Both the position numbers and the translations under genes were made by a program. From NCBI GenBank assembly GCA_964434715.1, contig CAYSWC010000001.1:1-33036 (forward strand): a stretch of DNA of 33,036 bases, read 5' to 3'. Position 1 is the first letter of the stretch. Every line of letters begins with the position of its first letter. The notes below the pieces were generated by a model. It had not been told where the DNA came from, did no database searches, and saw only the letters and a list, made by a program, of their open reading frames with translations. Below, in pieces: positions 26,074-33,036 of the stretch. Source of the stretch: an uncultured Candidatus Saccharibacteria bacterium. GTDB taxonomy: Bacteria > Patescibacteriota > Minisyncoccia > UBA6257 > 1-14-0-10-40-38.

Positions 26074-27350
26074 CTATTCAAAATATCAATGTCCTGCTGA
26101 AACTCCTTTGCCTTGGTGATCACGCGGTCGCCGTAAGTCCAAAGATAAGTTCTCCACCTGCGGCCGGCATAATAGCGGGCGGCGGCGATGCGCTCGCCGC
26201 TTAAAGCAGCGCCCGAAGCGCCGGCATCTTCTAGATATAAAGCCGTGCCCGCAAAAGCATCAGCATGCCGCCAAGGAGAGGGCGGACTATTGCCGGTAAC
26301 CGCGGCAATCTGGGCTTTATAAAGTTTCCAAGTTGAAGGAATAAACTGCGCCGGTCCCATGGCGCCGCCGTAGGCGCCGTCGCGATTAGGGCAGGAAACC
26401 GTAACCGTGTCCGGCCCAATGCCCAGCTCCTGGACAATCGCCAAAAATATCGGGATATCCCGTGTGGGATGCATAGCGGTCCGGTAAGAACACCGCCCCA
26501 CGTTTTGCCCTAAAAGCGATTCTTTATCCAAGACCGCCAAAATCAAAGCGGCGCGGACGCCGGTCGCCCCCTCGGCCAATTTGGCAAACTGATAGGCTTG
26601 TTCAAAAGTGAGTTCGCCGCCGCCCAAAAGCTGGAATATCCGGCTTCTGATTTGAGCGGCGGTTTTTCTAGTCTCAAGCAGAATTTTTTTAAATTCTGAT
26701 TCTTTGCCTTTGGTTACCGAAAGCAAAGTGGCTTTTTCTTTTTTAGTTCCCTCAAGGCTGGCTTTTTGAGAGTCCTGATAAACTTTAAGGGTGGAAGCGT
26801 CATCGCGCTTCAAAGACAAAATTTCTTTTTCCTCTACCAGCTCATTTTTGAGCTCGGTAATGCGGTCAATGGTTACGGTCAAACTATCCTGAACTTCCAG
26901 TAAATTATTAAAATCTCCGAAAAAATCCGAGAGTCGCGGATTCCGCAAAAGCACCTCCATCAGTCCCAGCTCGCCGTTTTCATACATCCGCTGGAGCGCC
27001 TGCATCAAAGCTGATTTATTAAAACCGATTTTATTTTCTTTGTCTTGGATGTCCAGTTTTTTCTCCTCAATTTCGCTGTCCAGCTTAGCGATCTGAAGAT
27101 TGATGGCTTTGATCTGTAAATTAATTTTGCCCACTTTGGCGTTTAAGCGGCTAATTTCCGACTGCAGACTTTTGCCTTGGGTGCGCAAATTTTCTATAGT
27201 GGCTTCGTGCTCGGCGATCTGGGTCTCAAGTGTCTCCAGTTCCTGTTCCAGGCGCCGTCTTTCCTCATCATTGCTTTGGGCTAAAGCCAAATTAAAAAGC
27301 AGGGCGGCTAAAAGCAGTCCCACCAGCATAGACTTGAAATGAGATAACAT
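26070..27350 (-). CDS. Secreted coiled-coil protein with a C-terminal lytic murein transglycosylase domain
   Basis: Signal peptide, long coiled coil, then LAVLDKES and [14 protein letters not shown]. Confidence 0.88.
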   Translation of the reverse strand: MLSHFKSMLVGLLLAALLFNLALAQSNDEERRRLEQELETLETQIAEHEATIENLRTQGKSLQSEISRLNAKVGKINLQIKAINLQIAKLDSEIEEKKLDIQDKENKIGFNKSALMQALQRMYENGELGLMEVLLRNPRLSDFFGDFNNLLEVQDSLTVTIDRITELKNELVEEKEILSLKRDDASTLKVYQDSQKASLEGTKKEKATLLSVTKGKESEFKKILLETRKTAAQIRSRIFQLLGGGELTFEQAYQFAKLAEGATGVRAALILAVLDKESLLGQNVGRCSYRTAMHPTRDIPIFLAIVQELGIGPDTVTVSCPNRDGAYGGAMGPAQFIPSTWKLYKAQIAAVTGNSPPSPWRHADAFAGTALYLEDAGASGAALSGERIAAARYYAGRRWRTYLWTYGDRVITKAKEFQQDIDILNS

Positions 27351-27379
27351 TTATTAAAGAAAACGTTTTAAGGAACTAT

Positions 27380-28081
27380 TTATTTCGCCGCCGGCTGTTT
27401 GGGCGGAGTTTCCTTAGTCGACTTAGTCGGCTCTTCGCCGGCGGTCTTTTTAGCGACTCGTTCGGCTTTCTTCTCTTCAGTCTCAACTTTTACGGATTCG
27501 AGAGCCGCCTCCGGCGCGGCCGCTACTACCTCTTCGGCTGCTCTTTCTTTAACCGTGGCGATTACGGTTTCCGGATTAACCAGTAATTTGATGCCCTCGG
27601 GAATATTTAAATCTTTAACGTGAAGGCTTTGATTAAGATCGGTGAGTTTTAGAAGAGATGCCTCGAGGCTTGGAGGAATATTTTGGGGCAGGGCTTCAAC
27701 TTCAATCTCGTGCATGGCTTTGATCAAGACGCCGCCCCGCTCCTTCACCGCCGGCGCCTCGCCGGTGAAATTCAAAGGCACCTTAACTTTGATACGCTCG
27801 TCCAGCCGGACTTGATAGAAATCAATATTTAAAATCTCGTCAGTTAAGGGATGGCGGCTAAGATCGTGAATCATCACCGGCCGTTTTTCGTTTTCCAAAA
27901 CAATGTTGATAAGCGTGCTTTCGCCCGCCTGCTTGAAAACTTTGGTGAATTCCTTGGCCGGCACGGACAAATGCAGATTCTCTAGGCCATGGCCGTAAAG
28001 TTCAGCCGGAATAAGCCCCTCGCGTCGGAGGGCTTGTGTTTGCTTGCCGAATTTTTCTCGTTTTTGGACGATTAAATCCAT
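27380..28081 (-). CDS. rplY: 50S ribosomal protein L25/Ctc
   Basis: LRREGLIPAELYG, NIDFYQV, VPLNFTGEAPAVK, IEVEALP. Confidence 0.96.
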   Translation of the reverse strand: MDLIVQKREKFGKQTQALRREGLIPAELYGHGLENLHLSVPAKEFTKVFKQAGESTLINIVLENEKRPVMIHDLSRHPLTDEILNIDFYQVRLDERIKVKVPLNFTGEAPAVKERGGVLIKAMHEIEVEALPQNIPPSLEASLLKLTDLNQSLHVKDLNIPEGIKLLVNPETVIATVKERAAEEVVAAAPEAALESVKVETEEKKAERVAKKTAGEEPTKSTKETPPKQPAAK

Positions 28082-28092
28082 GGGATTTAATA

Positions 28093-28770
28093 TTAATGAT
28101 TTTGAACTTCCCGATCAAGATACATCCGCGGCAACATCATGTGAGGACGCCATTCCTTTTTAAGTTTCGTGAGTTCGCTTGCGTGCTGATATTTTCCTTT
28201 TTCAGCCACGTAGTCACGCTGGTTCAGAAGCGGCGCCACTTCATAAAAAACCATCTGGGCAATCCGGCGGCCGACGACTAGAGGAATGGTAAAATGCTGG
28301 GAGTTATTGGTAATCTCCATGGTCCAACGGTTGATATAGCCGATATCGCCCCAGCCGGCGTCTTTGCAGACTTCAATAAAATTTCTGCCTAAAGATGAGC
28401 GGGCGTACATTTTAGCCACGCAAACCTCGCGGCCGCCGATAAACTCTTGGGTGTGGCCTAAAATAGTTTCTCCGGGAGCAAGCATAATCACGCGCGTATT
28501 TGCTGGCACGTTTACCAATTGCACGCCCAGCCGCTTTTCGACATCCCGCGCCCGTTCAGCTTGAATAGGTCCATTCCAGATAAAAGAAATGGAATTCTTA
28601 TCATAAACATTATGAACGGTATTCCGGCCGCGGGGATGATTTTCCCGCCAACACCATTCGCCCAAGGAGACGTCGTAGCTCGTGGTCTTAAGATTGCTTT
28701 TAATAAAAGGGTCAATGACAATATTGCCCTTTTTGATGTGAGTTAAGATGGCATCCCGAGAAAGCAGCAT
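28093..28770 (-). CDS. dcd: dCTP deaminase
   Basis: SYDVSLG, ARSSLGR, GWGDIGY, TMEITN, RIAQMVF, KYQ. Confidence 0.92.
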   Translation of the reverse strand: MLLSRDAILTHIKKGNIVIDPFIKSNLKTTSYDVSLGEWCWRENHPRGRNTVHNVYDKNSISFIWNGPIQAERARDVEKRLGVQLVNVPANTRVIMLAPGETILGHTQEFIGGREVCVAKMYARSSLGRNFIEVCKDAGWGDIGYINRWTMEITNNSQHFTIPLVVGRRIAQMVFYEVAPLLNQRDYVAEKGKYQHASELTKLKKEWRPHMMLPRMYLDREVQNH

Positions 28771-28796
28771 ATTGAAGCATTATAACCACAGCCTGC

Positions 28797-30497
28797 TCAT
28801 TTTTGCAACTTCTCCTTGAGTTTTTCTACTATTTCTTTCTCTTTGACGGCAATACGCTCTTCGGTGCCGCGTCGGGCAATCGAATAGTCGTTTAAGTCCA
28901 CTTGAATAGCCTGAGCAATTTCCGGAAATCTTTCTTTGACCAGTCGATAAATTTCATGTTCAATGTAGCGATAATCGGGATGTCCCTGCGAGATGGTGCG
29001 GAGTTCAGTTTCCCAAAAAAGCTGTCGGAAGTTTTTCCATTGATAAAAGCGCATCCGATAGGCTAAGGGCACCGCATATTGGGCGAACTCGGGATCATAA
29101 TTCTCGATTTTTCCGAAAAGCGGCCGGATGCTCTCGAGCGCGCTTACAAATCGCTCGATCAGTCCGGCTCCTTTAATTTCCGACGGCACATCATAGCCGT
29201 GATGAAGGGAGAAAAACTGTCGCTCTTGAGTCATCATGCGGTGACGGTGAAGATCCCGATAGCTACCAATATTCATCGTTATCTCAAACCTTAAATAAGA
29301 ACTTTCAAATGCCCGGCCGACCTTGTACCAGCGGGCACTGCGGTCCTTGAGATACATTTTGAGAATCTCGTTTTTTTCCTCCGGTTTTAAACTCTTTACC
29401 AGCTCAAACACTTCCGACCAGCTTCGGTGAAGCAGGGGGAAAAGAATAGCGGTCACAATCTTAATCGTCGCTTCCGGATCATATTCTACCAATTTGACGA
29501 CTGGCTTTGATTCCGAAGTTGCTCCTTCCAATTGCCACGTTTTGATTTTGGGAGCCGCGAAATGCCGGCCTCGTAAGGAGCGTTTACCCAAATATTCCTG
29601 ATAATGCTGCGATTTGGGATCGGAAATCCGGAGAAGCAGCGAGGGGATTTCTTTATCTAATTCAGCTTTTACGGCTTCGGCAATCCAACGAAACTCGCCC
29701 AAGGGATGCTTGGCGGTTCGATTAATCAAATATTCCCAAGCTTGGGCGTTGCCTCGAAAAGCCACTTGCCCCAAAGTCGCGGCTGGCAGCAGTCCTCGCA
29801 GAGTATCAAAAGCTTTTTTCTCTAAAATTGATTCCTTCTCCGCGTAATTGGCTTTAAGGAAATTCATCAGCTCGGGAAGCAAGGCTAGATAAGTTTCAAA
29901 AAGGAAATCTAAAGCTTGACGGTATTCTCTTAGAAGTCTAAAGTGTTCGAGTTCGGGCTTGGGCGTGTAATAAAGATATTGATCGTTAATCTTTTTCCCG
30001 AAATGAACGTAGCGGGTAGACTTTTCAATCGGCTCCAAGCCAATCCGCTGATCTTCCAGATATTTCATCGCCACCTGCGAAATTCCCCAAAAGACTACAT
30101 GACTGCCGGCCATTTGGGCAATGGAGTCGTCTCCGTACTGTGATAGCCATTTAGCGTAAAAAGCTTGGGCGCGCTGGTTGTTTAAAATATTTCTAAAGCC
30201 GCGCTGATGGAAAAATCGGATCGTATCTTCAAGTTCCTTGGCTAATTCTTTGTTTTCGCCGTCAGCGATCGGATAAAAATATTCTTTAAGCAAAACCCGG
30301 AGCAGTGAATCAGCGGCGCGGCTGGCCCGAGAACAGAGAGCGCCTACAATTTCGGGTGGGAGATTTCTAAGCACGTGAACATGGCCATCCAAATTGGTGG
30401 CAAACGGTTCCAAAAAAAATCTGTCGCGCTCTGACCATGGTTCGCCGGGAAAATCGGGCGCGTAGAGAGACATGTCTTCCATAAAGACTTTGATCAA
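28797..30497 (-). CDS. thyX: FAD-dependent thymidylate synthase, tandem two-domain form (start may be ATG 30482)
   Basis: YGDDSIAQ, EKSTRYV and FDTLRGLLP in domain 1; RDLHRHR, ELRT and GHPDYR in domain 2. Confidence 0.9.
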   Translation of the reverse strand: MIKVFMEDMSLYAPDFPGEPWSERDRFFLEPFATNLDGHVHVLRNLPPEIVGALCSRASRAADSLLRVLLKEYFYPIADGENKELAKELEDTIRFFHQRGFRNILNNQRAQAFYAKWLSQYGDDSIAQMAGSHVVFWGISQVAMKYLEDQRIGLEPIEKSTRYVHFGKKINDQYLYYTPKPELEHFRLLREYRQALDFLFETYLALLPELMNFLKANYAEKESILEKKAFDTLRGLLPAATLGQVAFRGNAQAWEYLINRTAKHPLGEFRWIAEAVKAELDKEIPSLLLRISDPKSQHYQEYLGKRSLRGRHFAAPKIKTWQLEGATSESKPVVKLVEYDPEATIKIVTAILFPLLHRSWSEVFELVKSLKPEEKNEILKMYLKDRSARWYKVGRAFESSYLRFEITMNIGSYRDLHRHRMMTQERQFFSLHHGYDVPSEIKGAGLIERFVSALESIRPLFGKIENYDPEFAQYAVPLAYRMRFYQWKNFRQLFWETELRTISQGHPDYRYIEHEIYRLVKERFPEIAQAIQVDLNDYSIARRGTEERIAVKEKEIVEKLKEKLQK

Positions 30498-31363
30498 TTA
30501 AGCTGGTTGAAAAGCTTGAGACGCCTCACAATAACAGCCTTGATTTGCTTTTGTGCTTCTGCCATTAGTTTATAAGGCGTAACTTCTTCCGGCTTTTCCT
30601 CGAATCCCTCTTCTAAGCCCCGGCGCCAAGCCACACGGATTTCAGTATTGATATGAATAATGCTTATTCCCGCGTCAATAGCCGCTAGAAAATCTTCGTC
30701 CGAGATGCCCGAGCCGCCATGAAGCACCAAGGGTATGCCGGCCGCCTCCCTGATTTCTCTAATTCTTTTAATGTTGAGGCGCGGATTGGGAGCGTTTCTA
30801 AACATACCATGGATATTTCCCACGGCTGGCGCCAAGAGATCAATGCCGGTTTCTTTGACAAATCTGGCGGCCTCATCGGGTTTAGTCAAATCCTTTTCTT
30901 GAATCGCCGCCCCCTTCGGAATCTCTTTTAAAATTTGAGAAGAGGTGCCGATATAACCCAATTCGCCTTCGACTAAAATGTCAGGATTCTTTAACTTTAC
31001 GTATTCAACTACCTTTTTGCTCTCACGGATATTTTCCTCTAGCGGCAACTTGGCACCATCGAATAATATGGCATCATAGCCGGCTGCTACTGCCTCTTTA
31101 ACTTTCTCCAATGAATGAGTGTGGTCGGCGTTTAAGAAAACCGTAAGACCATGGTTTTCACGGAGATCATGCACTGCCGAAACCGCCTCATGAACATCAA
31201 TAAATTCCCGTTCGCCCTCCGAGGTGCCGATAATAACGGGCACATTTAATTCTCTGGCTGCCTCTCCAATCGCGCGAAGGGTCGTCAAGTCAGAGATGTT
31301 GAAATGGCCAACCGCCACTTTTTTCTCCTCTGCTCCAATTATGATTTCCTTTAAGGTCTTCAT
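30494..31363 (-). CDS. fba: Class II fructose-bisphosphate aldolase
   Basis: VGHFN, NADHT, VEGELGYIG, AVGNIHG, LVLHGGSG, HINTE. Confidence 0.93.
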   Translation of the reverse strand: MKTLKEIIIGAEEKKVAVGHFNISDLTTLRAIGEAARELNVPVIIGTSEGEREFIDVHEAVSAVHDLRENHGLTVFLNADHTHSLEKVKEAVAAGYDAILFDGAKLPLEENIRESKKVVEYVKLKNPDILVEGELGYIGTSSQILKEIPKGAAIQEKDLTKPDEAARFVKETGIDLLAPAVGNIHGMFRNAPNPRLNIKRIREIREAAGIPLVLHGGSGISDEDFLAAIDAGISIIHINTEIRVAWRRGLEEGFEEKPEEVTPYKLMAEAQKQIKAVIVRRLKLFNQLN

Positions 31364-32043
31364 ATTTTAATAATCCTCCGCATGGCTTTAAAAATTATCT
31401 CATGAATTTCAGCGATTGTCATAAGGCGGCCGGCCCTCATGCAATTTATGATTTTGAATTCTTTAGGAAAAATCCGGGCAACTTCTAAATAAGCGCGGCG
31501 CGAATCATGAAGATATTTCTCGCTCATCTCATGGGCGTCGCGCTTCCTGCCCCTAAGATAATGCCGTCGGCTTTTCTTCCCAATAAGCTTATAGGCAATT
31601 TTGGCCGTGAGATCAAGAATGATGCTCATATCCGGTTTGGGAATTTTAAGAATCCCGTATTCAAAATTATAAAGCCATTTGATAAAAGCGCGACGCTCGG
31701 TCGTGTTTTTTATCTTGCCTCCCTGATGACCCAAATTGGAAGCAAGATACCGATCGGCAATCACGACTTTGCCGCGCTTTAGCCAATCTCTAATTTTAAA
31801 GCTTGCTTCAAAACGATCTAGGGCAAAGAAAACCGAAGGCAGACGCGAACCCAAAAAATGAATATCGCCGTAGCTCCCGCGAAGATATTGTTCTATAAAA
31901 TAAGCTGATGGTTTGCCGTACTCTGGGAATCCAATGGTTTCAACTGGAACCTTGAGCGCCTTGAGTCTCCTTACCAAAAGTTCAACTTGCGTTCCTTTGC
32001 CAGAACCGTCAATGCCTTCAATAACCAAAAACCTGCCTCTCAT
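31360..32043 (-). CDS. tmk: Thymidylate kinase
   Basis: VIEGIDGSGKGTQ, FALDR, IADRY, PKPD, HE. Confidence 0.93.
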   Translation of the reverse strand: MRGRFLVIEGIDGSGKGTQVELLVRRLKALKVPVETIGFPEYGKPSAYFIEQYLRGSYGDIHFLGSRLPSVFFALDRFEASFKIRDWLKRGKVVIADRYLASNLGHQGGKIKNTTERRAFIKWLYNFEYGILKIPKPDMSIILDLTAKIAYKLIGKKSRRHYLRGRKRDAHEMSEKYLHDSRRAYLEVARIFPKEFKIINCMRAGRLMTIAEIHEIIFKAMRRIIKI

Positions 32044-33035
32044 GAGTGAGAAAGTTCTTTGGGCTGATAATCTTTGGGAGCTTTTTTTAAGTAGCTTTCA
32101 AGTTGCCTCTGCGTCAGCAGTCCCTCGCGGGCGCCAACGTATTGAACCACAGACATAGAATTAATTGGCGCCCAACGTAGGGCTTCGACTACGGAGAGCC
32201 CAAGAGCTAAAGCGGCGGTGAAAGTTGAAGAAAAAGCATCGCCAGCGCCAGTGCGCTCATAGGGCGGCTTGGAATCTGGATAGGGCGGCATATACCACAT
32301 CTCTTTTCCATCGTAGGCATAAGCGCCCTTGGGGCCGTTGGTGATTACGACTATTGCCGGACCTAAAGCGCGGATGCCTTTAAGCAGTGTTTCCAAATCG
32401 GTTTTTTTAACTTCTAAAATCCGCTCGGCCTCATCTTTGTTAGAGAAAAAAGCATCCGCCCGTTTATAAAAATAAGCCAGCGCCTCTTTGCCGAGCTTAA
32501 TTTGGTAAGTGCCCGGCTGAAAAGCCAGCTTTACTTCTGGATGATGTTTAAAGTAACTCTGGAGTTTTAGATACATAACCCCGGCATCAGCGCCCAATGA
32601 TGAAAGATAAACCCATTTAGGATTGCCGATCTCGGGCAATGCATAACTGTATTTCTGGTGCTTGATTAAAATGGTGCGGTCATCCTCATACCAAAGCACG
32701 TAGTGATAATTGGTTTTGGTTTTCTTGTGGGTTCGGATAAATTCGGTGCCGACTTTTTCCGTCTTTAGGGTTTGAAGACATTCTTTGCCGTAATTATCAG
32801 CGCCTAAATTAGAAACCAAGGCGCTTTTAAGCCCTAAGCGGCTGGCCGCCACCGCGGCATTAGCGCTATTCCCCACCGCCGGAATCACATAAACATTCTC
32901 ATAAGGAATCTTGTCGGCAAAACGCATGCAGATCTCGCACCGCTCTCTGTTGATGGTGCAATGGACTGACGCTTCTTTGAGCCGGATAAAGGCGTCGGTT
33001 ACCGTGTCGCCGATGGCGATAAAATCGTAGTTCAT
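32040..33035 (-). CDS. PfkB family carbohydrate kinase
   Basis: GNSANAAVAASRLG, FQPG, NKDEA, ITNGPKGA, RTGAGDAF. Confidence 0.93.
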   Translation of the reverse strand: MNYDFIAIGDTVTDAFIRLKEASVHCTINRERCEICMRFADKIPYENVYVIPAVGNSANAAVAASRLGLKSALVSNLGADNYGKECLQTLKTEKVGTEFIRTHKKTKTNYHYVLWYEDDRTILIKHQKYSYALPEIGNPKWVYLSSLGADAGVMYLKLQSYFKHHPEVKLAFQPGTYQIKLGKEALAYFYKRADAFFSNKDEAERILEVKKTDLETLLKGIRALGPAIVVITNGPKGAYAYDGKEMWYMPPYPDSKPPYERTGAGDAFSSTFTAALALGLSVVEALRWAPINSMSVVQYVGAREGLLTQRQLESYLKKAPKDYQPKELSHS

Positions 33036-33036
33036 T

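Overview
Bacterial genomic window, most likely Patescibacteria/CPR (Parcubacteria-like). The call rests on the 16S signature GGCGTGGATAAGGCATGCAAGTC, an RF1 lacking its N-terminal domain and the gene content. Left end: the 5' end of a minus-strand 16S rRNA gene whose helix 6 (V1) holds a ~420-nt intervening sequence encoding a four-helix-bundle protein, then rpmE. Right end: housekeeping genes (trpS, two receiver proteins, prfA, lytic transglycosylase, rplY, dcd, double-domain thyX, fba, tmk, pfkB kinase). The mosaic region between them holds: (1) an M23 peptidase/beta-helix surface protein with a paralogous partner gene; (2) a membrane-anchored histidine kinase carrying palindromic/heptamer in-frame insertions; (3) an AT-rich operon of CYTH, cytidine deaminase, HD hydrolase, a 467-aa protein with an apparent ADP-ribosyltransferase-fold signature and two methyltransferases, with a convergent NMP kinase; (4) an operon of amino-acid dehydrogenase, PaaK-like ligase, nitroreductase and Rv1355c-type ThiF, resembling an oxazolone-type pathway without the usual acyltransferase; (5) two unannotated aromatic-rich leader-peptide attenuators; (6) an apparent deletion fusing a truncated egtD to a convergent gene. 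All calls come from reading motifs by eye; no searches or folding programs were run.
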